Shown here: piece by piece, positions 29,200 to 40,080 of the stretch | Numbering within the stretch: position 1 is the first letter of the stretch | How the letters are laid out: every line of letters begins with the position of its first letter | Assembly: GCA_965209055.1 (NCBI GenBank) | Contig: OZ242374.1 | Span: forward strand, 5,120,001 to 5,184,000 | Length of the DNA stretch: 64,000 nt | Source: Acidobacteriota bacterium | Lineage (GTDB): Bacteria; Acidobacteriota; UBA6911; RPQK01; JAJDTT01 | Reading direction: 5' to 3' | The notes under the pieces: model-generated | What the model saw: the letters and a program-made list of their open reading frames with translations, nothing else | What the model was told of the DNA's origin: nothing | The model's database searches: none | Program-made: the position numbers and the translations under genes

Positions 29200-30372
29200 C
29201 TACATCTGGGGAATGAGGGTGACCGGGAGATCTTCGCGCCCTTCGCGGGCCGCGTAGGGCCCGTCACGCTGATAACGCTCGGCGGCTTTTCCCACCGCCT
29301 CCGGGTCCAGTTCGACCCCGATCCCGGGACCGTGCGGAATCTCGACGCATCCCTGCTCGACCCTGGGCGGACCTCCCCGGATGATATCTTCCTCACGCAT
29401 CGAGAGATAACTCTGATTGGCGTAGAGGAAATTGGGGCTGGAGGCGGCGACGTGAAAACCGGCGAAGTGGCCGACGCTGGTTTCCCCCCAGGAATGGTGA
29501 TTGACCCCGACGCCGTAGGCCTCGGCCAACGCCGCCGTCTTCTTGTAGGAGAGCAGTCCCCCCATCTGCCACTGGTCGACGACCAGAACGTCGGCGGCAT
29601 TGGCCTGCAGGATTCGCTTGGCGTCATACAGCGTCCAGGAGGACTGGTTGGCGGCAATGGGGGTGTTGACCGAACGCCGAACGTGGGCCAGGGCGTTCAG
29701 ATCGTTGATGATCACCGGCTCTTCCACCCACTCGAGATCGAACTTCTCCACCTGTTTGATGAAGCGGATCGCCGTCCCCGGGGTCCAGGCCTCGTTGGCG
29801 TCGACCCGGATGTTGGCTTTCTTCCCGACGGCGTCACGGACCGCTTCAATGGCGGCAATGTCGTCGTTCAGATCGCCTCCGACCTTGAAGAAGATGGTCT
29901 GGAAACCCTGGGAAACCGCTTTCCTGGCCCTCCGGACCATTTCGTCCAGAGGAAAGCGGAGAAGGTAGTAGAAGATGGGAATGCGCTCCCGCAGGCACCC
30001 GCCGAGCAGGAAATAGAGCGGCTGGCCCGACACTTTCCCCAGGATGTCCCAGAGCGCGGTTTCCACTCCTCCCATCATCACGTTGCCGACACGTTCGAAA
30101 TAGCTCCAGTTTCCGAGGCCCCTCAAATCATTGAGTATCCGCTCGATGTTTCTTGGATCCCGTCCCAGCAGGAACGGCTTGGCAGACAAAACGGCCGCTT
30201 CGATGACTTGTGCATTGGGCCGGCAGATGCACTCTCCCAACCCCGTCACGCCTTCGTCGGTCTCGACTTCAATGAGAATCTCGGTCGTCCCGAGACGATA
30301 TCCGGTGGAGACGAATTCCGGCTCCCGGTGGGGCAGATTCAAGCAGGTCGTCTTGATGTCGCTGATCTTCAA
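29200..30372 (-). CDS. Enolase superfamily enzyme (mandelate racemase/glucarate dehydratase-like)
   Basis: ETALWDILGK, RVDANEAW, WVEEP, AANQ, HHS, PGIG. Confidence 0.88.
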   Translation of the reverse strand: MKISDIKTTCLNLPHREPEFVSTGYRLGTTEILIEVETDEGVTGLGECICRPNAQVIEAAVLSAKPFLLGRDPRNIERILNDLRGLGNWSYFERVGNVMMGGVETALWDILGKVSGQPLYFLLGGCLRERIPIFYYLLRFPLDEMVRRARKAVSQGFQTIFFKVGGDLNDDIAAIEAVRDAVGKKANIRVDANEAWTPGTAIRFIKQVEKFDLEWVEEPVIINDLNALAHVRRSVNTPIAANQSSWTLYDAKRILQANAADVLVVDQWQMGGLLSYKKTAALAEAYGVGVNHHSWGETSVGHFAGFHVAASSPNFLYANQSYLSMREEDIIRGGPPRVEQGCVEIPHGPGIGVELDPEAVGKAAERYQRDGPYAAREGREDLPVTLIPQM

Positions 30373-30413
30373 ACCAACGTCCTTTCAGAATCCCCGCCGG
30401 TCTCCCGCCATTT

Positions 30414-32201
30414 TCATCGAGGAATGACGGGAAGCACCAAGGCCGACGGGTACCGGGCGTCATGGTGGATGGCCTGCTTCGCGATCTTCGTTTCGGCGCT
30501 GGTTCCCAGGCGGTTGCCGGTATTCAGATTTCTCGCATAGCGGGGAAAATTGCTGCTGGAGACTTCGAGCCGGAATCGGTGGCCCGCCTTGAAGACGGTG
30601 CTGGTCTCCCAGAGGCTGATTCGGTACTCATAGATCTTGCCCGGTTCGATCAGGCTTGGATTCTCCAGAGACTCCCGGAACGAAGCCCGCATGATGCCTT
30701 CGCAGATGTGGATCGCGCGCCCGTCCGGATAGACTTCGGTGAGGGTCGCCGCGAAATCGGTGTCCTTGGCGGTCGAGGCTGCGTACAGCCTCAACTCGAC
30801 CGGCCCGGTGACTTCCATGTCCCGCTCCAGGGGCTGGCTCGTATACACGAGCACGTCGTCCCTTCGCTGCACCGGACGCCGGTCTCTCGGACCCTTCAGA
30901 TCGCCGTGGGTCGAGATCTGCCCTCCCAGCGTCGGCACCGGATCGTGGGGATTGTAGTGATAGGAATCCTTGGGGGCGGACGAGTTGTCCGGTTGTAGAG
31001 AAAGCCGGCCGTTCCCGTGAAGAGAGTTGGCGTTCCCGCTGCTGGAAAGGAAATAATTGGCCCACTTGGTCCGGGCCAGGGGCCACTCCGTCTCGTCTCT
31101 CCACCGGTCGTCTCCCATCACGAAGATGCGGATCGGCGCTTCCTGGTCAATTCCGTTTTCGATCCCCTTCAGCCAATAGTCGTACCATCGCAGGTGGACG
31201 GACTTCAGATCGGCGCCGTCGCCGAAGGTGACGGTCTTTCCGTCCGCCATGCGATAGCCACCGTGAGCCCAGGGACCCACCAGGATCTTGGTTCCCTTCC
31301 TCGCGGTTTCCGATCCGCCTTCCTCGCGCATGCCCTTGAAATTGCGAAACGCTTCGTGCACCAGGTTGTCGTACGAGCCAGTCATCAAGTAGGCGGGAAC
31401 CGTGATCTGGCCATATTTTTCCTTGACCCCATAGGCCTTCCAGTACGAGTCATACTTCCAGTGGCTCAGCCAATCCTTGTAGTAGGAACCTTACTGCAAG
31501 TCGTCCAAGGCCGTCATCAGGGGGAGCCTGCGAAAGACCTCCTCGTAATTCACCGTCACTTCTCCATGGGCGAAACGGGAGATGTTCGGCTGCAAGGTAT
31601 GGCCCGCGAGAAAGACTCCAGCCATGAATATGACGCCCAACTGGGGGACGCCGTCGTTGTAAAGATGGCCGAAGTTGGTCTGCTGGTTGGACGCCGGAAC
31701 CATGCATTTCAGGTAGGGGCTGCCCAGGGGAGCCGACATCAGGGCCGTGAAGCCGTCATAGGAGCGGCCGAACGTCCCCACCGAACCGTTGCACCAATCC
31801 TGCTGTCCCAGCCACTGCTGGGTGTCGTAACCGTCTTGCGGTTCATCGACGTAAGGTTCCCAGACCCCCTCGGCGTCGTAGCGCCCGCGCACATCCACCA
31901 GGGCGACTCCGTAGCCGCGGCGGGCAAAGTAGAGCCCCCAGGACACCTTCAGCGGACCGATGTTGTTCCCCCAGTAGGTCCGAAGCAGGAGACAGGGGAA
32001 CTTCCCGGGCGCGTCGGGACGGTAGATGTCGGCGGAGAGATTGATCCCGTCCCTCATGGGAACCTTCACGTTGATTTTGACTCTGACCTCGAACTGTGCG
32101 GGGCCGGGTTCCCAATCTGGCTGGGCCATGGCTGCGAACACGGATAGGAACAGGGTCAAAGCCGGAACGATCAGAATTCGCGTGGTCACGCTTCGAAACA
32201 T
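30414..32201 (-). pseudogene. CocE/NonD family hydrolase with an in-frame TAA at 31491-31493
   Basis: ORFs 31491..32255 and 30414..31388 share one frame; ALDDLQ*GSYYKDWLSH aligns without gaps to ALDDIADLPWFRTWIKH of the intact paralog; VPMRDG, GRSYDG, GPWAH. Confidence 0.85.
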
Positions 32202-32356
32202 GATCTCTCCAGAAACTGAAGGAGCGGTCTGGCGAATGAGGGCAGGATAGCCCATGTGATCACCGGGAGGCGAATCGGGAACAAGACGAACGTTCTTGTC
32301 CCGCAGTCTTCTCCCCCGCTGTTTTCGGCTCTCCCGGCAAACCGCGAAAAAGAAGA

Positions 32357-32458
32357 GGGGGACACAGAGACTGTCCCGTGTATCCCCTGTATCCAGACTG
32401 TCCCCTGTTCACGGCCGGACTGTTCGCCTGTATCCAGACTGTCCCCTGTATCCGTCCC
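32357..32458 (+). repeat. Stuttered array of an AGACTGTCCCCTGTATCC motif
   Basis: AGACTGTCCC at 32368, 32395 and 32436, a degenerate copy at about 32417, repeated CTGTATCC; begins with the GGGACA-cagagac-TGTCCC hairpin. Confidence 0.85.
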
Positions 32459-33592
32459 GGTTCCAGGGATCTGAATCAGGGGAGGTCCCAGGAGGCGATC
32501 AAGCAGTTCAAGACGGCGATCACCCTCGATCCCCGGTCAGCCGGCGCCCACCTGATGCTCGGTTACGCTTACCGTCTCCTGGGGTCCTACCGCATGATCG
32601 GCGAAGCCAAGGGCGAGTTCAGGCAGGCACTTTCCCTCGATCCCGGGAATACCAGCGCGCGGTTCCACCTGGCCCGCGTCTATCTCGATCTGCGTACGGG
32701 GACACAGAGACTGTCCCCTGTATCCTGTGTATCCGTCCCCTGTATCCTGTTCCGTCTCCTGGGGTCCTACCGCATGATCGGCGAAGCGAAGGGCGAGTTC
32801 AGGCAGGCACTTTCCCTCGATCCTGGGAATACCAGCGCGCGGTTCCACCTGGCCCGCGTCTATCTCGATCTGGGCCGGATCCGCAAGGCCCGGGAAACGC
32901 TGGAGGAGCGCCTCGAGATCACTGAGAAGACGCCGGAACTGCTCTCTCTCCTGGGCGAGGTGAATCGCCAGTCGGGCGATCCCCGGCTTTCGATCCGGCA
33001 GAACGAGTCGGCCGCTATTCTGGACCCGGACTTGGCTCAAGCCCACTACTACCTGGGCCTGGCGCACCTGGATAAGGGAGACACGGAAGAGGCGCTCAGC
33101 CGGCTGGAACGCGCCATCGCAGCGAAGGGGGCCACCTCCGACATGGTCCGCAAGGCCGGTTCCGTCTACCTGCAGGAGGGCGCGCTGCAGAAGGCGGTCG
33201 ATCTGCTCCGGAAGGCCGTGGAAATCAGTCCGGCGGTGCCGGAAGGCCGTTTGGAATTGGCACGCGCTCTTCGCGTTACGGGTCAACCCGACTCGGCCCT
33301 CGCGGAATTGGATGCGGCCCTCTCCCACGCCGGCGGATTCTCGGCTTCCGGCAAGTACTTGGGGTTCGAGTTGGACGTCTACCTGGAACAGGGCCGGGCG
33401 TTTGACGCCAAGAGCTCACCGGAGGAGGCGATCCGTTCCTATCTGCGAGTCGTGGAACTCGACCCCGGACATGGAGAGGCTCACCACCGGCTGGCCCGGT
33501 TGTTCGCTTTGACCGGTGATCCGGCCAAGTCGCGGAAACATGCCTCCCGAGCCGGCAAGGCAGGGTACTCGGAGCCGGCCGTCGGGCGTTGA
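32378..33592 (+). pseudogene. TPR-repeat protein with its 5' end replaced by the repeat array and an internal in-frame duplication (possibly still expressed)
   Basis: TPR motifs (AHLMLGYAY, ARFHLARVY, AHYYLGLAH); ORF start lies inside the repeat array; 40-aa block duplicated. Confidence 0.7.
32572..32872 (+). repeat. 121-bp direct duplication (32572-32692 / 32752-32872) flanking a 59-bp AGACTGTCCC-motif insert
   Basis: Copies match except at 32608/32788 and 32644/32824; insert 32693-32751 reads cgtacGGGGACACAGAGACTGTCCCCtgtatcctgtgtatccgtcccctgtatcctgtt. Confidence 0.92.
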
Positions 33593-33594
33593 GA

Positions 33595-35249
33595 TTACGG
33601 CTCGGTGACTTTCAGGATCTGATTGGCAGATACATTCGATAGAACCTGCTGGCTGCCGCTCGGCCAGCGCACCTCGACGTTCTTGACTTCCCGTTGCCGG
33701 CCCAGGCCGAAATAGACCCGGAGTTCGTTGGCGCTCAGGTAACTCGCCACGTTGTTGACCTGTCCCACCTGAGTTCCCTGCTCCGTCCGGACCCGCACGG
33801 CGGCGCCCAGGCCGAAGGCGTTGCTCTGCCGGCCGCGGGCCTGAATCGCGATCCAGTTGTTGCGGTTTCCACCCTCGTTTCTCATCAGGACCGCATGCCC
33901 GCCCGAGTTGGACAATGCGATGTCCAGGTCGCCGTCACTGTCATAGTCGGCAACTGCCGCTCCCCGCCCGACAGCCGGAATTCCGAATGGAGCCCCGCTC
34001 TTGGCCGACACGTCGAGGAAGCCTGTGCCCTGGTTCTCGAAGAGGAGGTCCGTCTGAGCGTAGGTGAGGTTGGCGAAATAGAGATGAACGTTGTTTTCAA
34101 TGTGTCCGTTGGCGACGTAGATATCCACGTCGCCGTCATTGTCATAGTCGAAGAGTTTGGCTCCGAATCCCAGGGGAAGAAGTCCGGATCCCAAACCCAT
34201 CCTCTCCGACACCTCCTGAAAGAGGAGGTTCGGGCCGTTCCGGTAAAGCGCATTGAGTTCGTACGCGAAATTGGTGACCAGGATGTCCGGACGACCATCG
34301 TTGCCCCAATCGGCGGCGTCCACACCCATTCCCGCCTGAGGCTCGCCGTTGGCGTCGAAGCCGACCGCGGCCGCGTAAGTGACGTCGGAGAAGGTTCCGT
34401 CCCGGTTGTTGCGATACAGGAAGTCCCGAATCGTATCGTTGGCGACGTAGATGTCCGGGTACCCGTCGCCGTCGAAGTCGGAAAAGGTCAATCCCAAGCC
34501 CTTGCCGGCCGGATTGGCGATCCCCGCGGAATTCGAAACATCGGTAAAGGAACCGTCCCCATTGTTCCGGTAGAGCTGATCCGCCGCACCCTCGAGCATG
34601 CGGATGTCGCAGTAGAGGCGGTACCCCTCCTTGGGTAGTCCACAGTAGGGATTGTCTGCCGGATCGTAGTCCAGGTAGTTGACGACATAGAGGTCCAGGT
34701 CGCCATCAAGATCGAAGTCGAAAAACCCGGCGCTGCTCCCCCACTGCCGGCTGTCCACACCGGCCTTGCCAGCTACGTCATCGAAGGTGCCGTCCCCGCT
34801 GTTGCGAAAGAGCTGATTGGCACCATAACAGGTCACGTAGAGTCCAATCGGCCGTCGTTGTCGTATTCTCCCACCGCCACGCCCATCCCGTAGGATCCGT
34901 TGCCCGCGACTCCAGCCTTCCGGGTGACGTTTTCGAAGCTCCCGCGGCCCCCGTTTCGAAAAAGCGCATTTCCGGGAGAGGGTTTCTCCTCGGACATCCT
35001 GAAACCGTTCACGAGGTAAAGATCCAGATGCCCGTCATTGTCGTAGTCGATCCAGGCCAGTCCGGACCCAACGGTCTCGACGATCAGTTTCTCTCTCGAA
35101 AGACCACTCTCGTGCAGAAAGTCGATCCCGGCCGCCCGGGTGACGTCGGGAAACACCACGCGGTCGCCCGGCGGCCGTTGTGCGGAGAGCTGGCCCCAGA
35201 GGAGAACCATTGCGACTGCAATCATTGCGATAGACAGGAGCTCCCCCAC
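33595..35249 (-). pseudogene. CRTAC1/ASPIC-UnbV (FG-GAP repeat) protein with a 1-nt frameshift near 34843
   Basis: DYDNDG repeats and C-terminal ASPIC (VYFGLG, VRWPSG); GAC TCT ACG TGA where GAC CTC TAC GTG (DLYV) is expected. Confidence 0.85.
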
Positions 35250-35306
35250 CGGCCCGTGCCCGGCGAACTCCGGTGTGACAGCTTGACGACGAAGACCGGG
35301 CGATAA

Positions 35307-35339
35307 GAAGTCCCCCCTCCTCGCAGGAGGGGGGACTTC
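35307..35339. terminator. Perfect 15-bp hairpin downstream of the intact CocE gene (terminator or mRNA stabiliser)
   Basis: GAAGTCCCCCCTCCT-cgc-AGGAGGGGGGACTTC; only a short T run follows. Confidence 0.55.
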
Positions 35340-35451
35340 CCTGCCCCCCTCTCCCTTGTTTCGTTGGATGCAGCAGGACGTGCGTGCCCTGTTGCCGGGA
35401 GTTCGGAGAACCCTTGCTCGATTTGCGCGATCGGACGGTTTCTCTACGGAA

Positions 35452-37260
35452 TTACCGGGGAATCACCGGCAGAATCACATGCGAGGGATACATCTCGTTG
35501 TGATAGATCGTCTGCGTGGCGACCTTCATCTCCGAGGTCATGCCGAACTCGGCTCCGGTGTTCAGATTGCGGGCCCAGCGGGGGAAATTGCTGCTGCTGA
35601 TTTCCAGCCGAATCTTGCTCCCCGGCTGGAACTCCCAGCTCGTCTCCCAGATATGGATCGTGTACTCGTAGATCTTGCCCGGCTCGATATGGGTTGGATT
35701 CTCCAGAGAGTCGCGGAAGCTGGCTCGAACGATCCCTTCGCTGATATGGACGGACCGGCCGTCGGGCAGGACCTCGGTCAGAACCGCCGTGAAATCGGTG
35801 TCGACGGCGCTCGACGCGGCATGCAGCTTGACCTCGACGGGCCCGGTGACCTCCAGCGGTTCGGACAGCTCGTCGGAGGTATAGATCAGGACGTCCTGCC
35901 GCCTCTGGACCACCAGCCGGTTCTGCGGGCCTCTCTGGTTGGCCGGAAACTCGGTCTGCCCGCCAACGGTCTCCACCGGATTGGCGGGATCGTAATCGAA
36001 TGTATCCTGAGGGGAATCCGCCGCAGGCTCGGACGTGCCCAGCGTCCCGTCGCCGTAGAGTGAATTGGCCGATCCGCCGCTGCCCAGGTAGTACTTGGTC
36101 CACTGGGTGCGGGCCAGCGGCCATTCCCACTCGTCCCGCCACTTGTTGGCGCGCATCACGAAAATCCGGAGCGGCGCTTCGGTGTCCACACCGGTGTTCA
36201 TTCCCTTGAGCCAGTGGTCGTACCACCGGACGTGTTCATCCAGAATGTCGACGTAGATGTCGGGACCGAAGTCCAGGATCGACGTCTCCATCCGCCTGTT
36301 GACGCCGTGATCCCAGGGCCCCACCAGGAGCTTGGTCCCCTCCCGGGCCGCCTTGGAACCGCCCTCCTTCCGGAACCCGTTGAAGTTGCGGAAGTTCTCG
36401 CGCACCAGGTTGTCGTACCAACCGGTGATGAAATAGGCGGGCGCCTTGATCTGCCCGTATTTCTCTTTGACCCCGTAGCTCTTCCAATAGTCGTCGTAGG
36501 TGGGATGCTTGATCCAGGTCCTGAACCAGGGCAGATCCGCGATGTCGTCCAAGGCGGTGATCAGGGGAAGACGCCAGAAGAACTTGTTCCAGTCGAGAAT
36601 GGGATTCTCGGTGATTCCGGGGCCGTGCAGAAACTGCATGGTGTGGCCCGCCCAGAAGAAACCGGCCACGAAGGTGACGTTGAGTTGCATGACGCCGTCG
36701 TTGTAGAGGTGGCCGAAGTTGGACTGCTGGCAAACCGACGGGACCATGCACTTGAGGTATTTGCTGCCGTAGACCGACGGCATGACCTGGGTGAACCCCG
36801 GATAGGAATACCCGAAGGTCCCCAGATTACCGTCGCACCATTCCTGCTGGCCGATCCACTCGTGGGTATCGAACCCGTCCTTGGGATCGTTCACGTAAGG
36901 ATCCCATTCCCCTCCGGAATCGTGACGGCCCCTCAGATCCACCAGCACGACCGCATATCCGCGCTTGGCGAAGTAGAGGGCGTGCTCCATGTCGTTGCCG
37001 CCTCTCATGTTGTTGTACGGCGTCATCAGGAGCACGGCGGGAAACTTGCCCGGAGCGTCGGGACGGTAGACGTCCGCCGAGAGATGGACGCCGTCCCGCA
37101 TGGGAACCGGATTGTGAATCTTGAACTTCACCTGGTACTGAGGTTTCGACCGCTCGTTTTGACCCACTGCGAGCACCATGGTTGCGCCCAGAAGAATGGG
37201 CAGGACCAACAGGACCGGCCGAAAGCTCCCGGAAAGCATATTTTCAACTTCAGAAAGCAT
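35452..37260 (-). CDS. CocE/NonD family serine hydrolase, secreted
   Basis: Signal peptide, VPMRDGVHLSADVYRP, GYSYPG, GWYD, GPWDH, SSSNFPR. Confidence 0.92.
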   Translation of the reverse strand: MLSEVENMLSGSFRPVLLVLPILLGATMVLAVGQNERSKPQYQVKFKIHNPVPMRDGVHLSADVYRPDAPGKFPAVLLMTPYNNMRGGNDMEHALYFAKRGYAVVLVDLRGRHDSGGEWDPYVNDPKDGFDTHEWIGQQEWCDGNLGTFGYSYPGFTQVMPSVYGSKYLKCMVPSVCQQSNFGHLYNDGVMQLNVTFVAGFFWAGHTMQFLHGPGITENPILDWNKFFWRLPLITALDDIADLPWFRTWIKHPTYDDYWKSYGVKEKYGQIKAPAYFITGWYDNLVRENFRNFNGFRKEGGSKAAREGTKLLVGPWDHGVNRRMETSILDFGPDIYVDILDEHVRWYDHWLKGMNTGVDTEAPLRIFVMRANKWRDEWEWPLARTQWTKYYLGSGGSANSLYGDGTLGTSEPAADSPQDTFDYDPANPVETVGGQTEFPANQRGPQNRLVVQRRQDVLIYTSDELSEPLEVTGPVEVKLHAASSAVDTDFTAVLTEVLPDGRSVHISEGIVRASFRDSLENPTHIEPGKIYEYTIHIWETSWEFQPGSKIRLEISSSNFPRWARNLNTGAEFGMTSEMKVATQTIYHNEMYPSHVILPVIPR

Positions 37261-37340
37261 AGCTTCAACTTCTCCTTGGATTCGGAACCCGTTAAGGCCG
37301 ACTTGGCGACAGTTCTCTTTTCCGGGGCGTCCACCGGTTG

Positions 37341-39918
37341 CTAGAAATCGATATCCAGGCCGAATTGCAGATGCCGCGAATTGCCGGCGTTGCCCATCGT
37401 TGCAAAGGCTCCCCCGGTGAACAGAGTATTGGGGAGATCGAAATTCGTGTGGTTCGTGATGTTGAAGAAATCAACTCGAAATTCGACCCGGGCCCTTTCC
37501 TGCGCCACGTGCCATGACTTCCAGATCGAGAAGTCGACCGTGGTCCAACCGGGACCGTCAATGACCTTTCGTCCGGCGTTTCCAAAACGGTAGACGCCCG
37601 TATCCGCCGGATTCGGCACCCGCGTAAATGCCCTGGTGTTGAACCACTGCTGGGCGTTGCGCGGCGCCCCGCTGTTGGGGTTCCCGGTGAGATCGGGCCG
37701 ATTGGCTCTGCCCGAGTTGTCGGGGTCGAAGGGGCTGGCGACATCCACCGCCCCCGACGAGGAAAAGGTCCCGATGCTGCTGATGTTCCAATCACCCAGG
37801 ATGGCTCCCGCGAGTCCGTGGCCGGACCCTCGCATGATGGGGATCTGATAGACGAAATTGTAGACGAACCGCTGCCGGTAATCGGAAGAGCTGCGTCCCC
37901 ATTCGGCGGAACAGTCGAAGGGATTCCTCTTCACGCTGTCGCCCAAATCGGCGAACAGGTTGTTGCCGCCGCAGTCGAGCCACTTGGAATAGACGTAGAA
38001 AATGTTGCCCAGGAAACCGTTGCTGAACCCCTGCTTCAGATTGACTCTCATGCCGTGGTAGGAGGAGTTGGCGGTGGGCTGCCTCCAGCCGACCGTTGCC
38101 CAGTTCTGATAGGGCCTTCGAGCCACGCGGCTGCCGGGGCCCGGAGGGGCCTGGTTCAGATTGCCGTCCCGGATCAGCTTGGTGCCCTTGTTTCCGATGT
38201 AACCAAGCTCGAAGACGGCCGTCTGGGAGAGCGCCTGCTCCACGGTGACGTTGTACTGCTGGTTGTAACCATGGGCCCAATCCGCCTGAAATCCCTGCCC
38301 CGTCGACGACGGAATTCCGGAGCCCTCGGGGAAGGGCCGGTCGATGGTGAATACGGGAACACCCGACTCGTCCAACTGATTCACGAAGGTCTGCTGATTC
38401 ACGAAGGGCTTGTTGAAGCGGACCCGCTGCATGTAGAAGGTGTCGAAAGGCGTGTAGAAAATGCCGTAGCTGGCGCGAATGACTGTCGCGTTCCCGCCGA
38501 AGGGACGAAGGGCCAGCCCGACCCTGGGGGCCCAGTTGTTCAGGTCGCGCGCCTGCAGCAGCCTCCCATGGGGCCAGCTCGCGTCGGAGATCAAGGGATC
38601 GAGCATCCGCTCGGCCACGCCGTATGCGTCCGGCAATGCGTAGTGGGAGGCGTCGGTCGGCCGGGGAGAGCCGAGCATCAGATCCGCCATGGAGTAACCG
38701 GTGTAGAAGGGACCGAAGATGAAGTACCCGTTGGGGATCGGTTGGGATCCCCCGTTCTGCTCTCTCTCCCGCCACTCGCCGCCGAATCCGAGGGCGTGGG
38801 AACCCACGTTCCACGAAATCGTGTCTCCGGCGAGATAGGTGTTGTCCACCCGGTTGTTGGGCGCGTTCAGGAGGGTGCCGGTCCGGGTGAACCCGGACGC
38901 GGCAACCCACGGATTGTACTGAAACAGGGTCGACGTCCCTTCGATTCCCAGGAGCTTCGAAACCGGCGTGCCGTAGATCTCATCCTCCAGCGTCTGCGTC
39001 ATGCGGTTCACGCCCAGTTTCAGCTCATTGACCGCCGACGCTCCCATGACCTTGGTCCAACCGACTCGCGCGTTGTGGGCGGGAGTGGCGAAGATGTCGT
39101 TGTAGTCGGGGAGCTGGTGCAGGAACTTGTTGTAGCGAAGGACGCGGTCCTGCTTGTCGTAGATGTAACGGACGTAGACGTTGTCGGAGTCCGTGACGCT
39201 GTGGTCCACACGGAAGACGAACTGGTCGAACACCTGCTCCTGCACGCGGCTGGGCAGGATGTTGTTGGCGAGTCCGGGACGATCGGGCACGGGCCAAAAC
39301 GGCATGACCTCACCCACGCCGAACATCATGTTGCGCGCCACCGGATGGATCCGGTTCTCGGGGATGATGTTGCCCGGGAAGGGATCGCCGGTGAGCGGAT
39401 CCCTGATCACCGTTCCGGGAAGTATCTCGGAGAAGTCCCCGTTTCTCATCTTCATGGTGGGAACGCTGGCCGGACGGGTGAGGGACTTGTTCTCCCGGGT
39501 CCCCTGGTCGTTGAAGAAAAAGAAGGTCTTGTCGTGGACGATGGGCCCCCCGATGGAGGCGCCGAAGATGTTGAACTGCAGGATGGGAACTTCGGACAGG
39601 CCCTCCCGGACCCGGCTTTCCCGGGACGGATCGAAGAAATTCCGCGCGTTCACCGCCGAGTTGCGGTGATCCCAGAAGACGTTACCGTGGATTTCACTGG
39701 TCCCGGACTTGGTCACCATGTTGACCTGGATGCCGCTGTTCATGCCGAACTCCGCCGAGTGGGAGTTCATCTGAGACTTCATCTCCCGGGTGGCGTTGCC
39801 GCTCAGCCGGATGTCGATCCGGGAATAGGCCGTGTCCATGTTGGTGATCACGACTTCCACGCCCGGAAGCACGCCTCCCGTTTCGTCGGTCACCATTGCG
39901 CGAGACCTGGCTGGCCAT
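37341..39918 (-). pseudogene. Degenerate Oar-like TonB-dependent receptor
   Basis: TKSG, NNWAPRVG, FRVDFFNITNH, terminal Phe. No signal peptide, apparent frameshift just before MVTDETGG, and two internal blocks missing relative to the 1064-aa paralog. Confidence 0.75.
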
Positions 39919-39963
39919 CTCCGTGGCAGCCTTCAGCCCGGGGGTGCTAGACTATTCGCGATT

Positions 39964-40037
39964 GCGCCTGTAGCTCAGAAGGACAGAGCAAGGGGTTCCT
40001 AACCCCTGAGCCGCAGGTTCGAGTCCTGCCAGGCGCA
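39964..40037 (+). tRNA. tRNA-Arg (anticodon CCT)
   Basis: GCGCCTG/CAGGCGC acceptor stem, AGGGG-ttCCTaa-CCCCT anticodon arm, GGTTCGAGTCC T arm; CCA not encoded. Confidence 0.93.
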
Positions 40038-40080
40038 AAAACTTCGACTCAGGGACTGAATACCGCAGGAGGGTTGTTCT

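Noticed and set aside
31491-31493. Selenocysteine/pyrrolysine or alternative-code readthrough in CocE-1
   Set aside because: The codon is TAA, which ends normal genes in this window, and neighbouring genes are also damaged.
39964-40037. tRNA-Arg as the integration site of the 18-40 kb accessory region
   Set aside because: The region abuts the tRNA 5' side; I saw no integrase and no duplicated tRNA 3' end.
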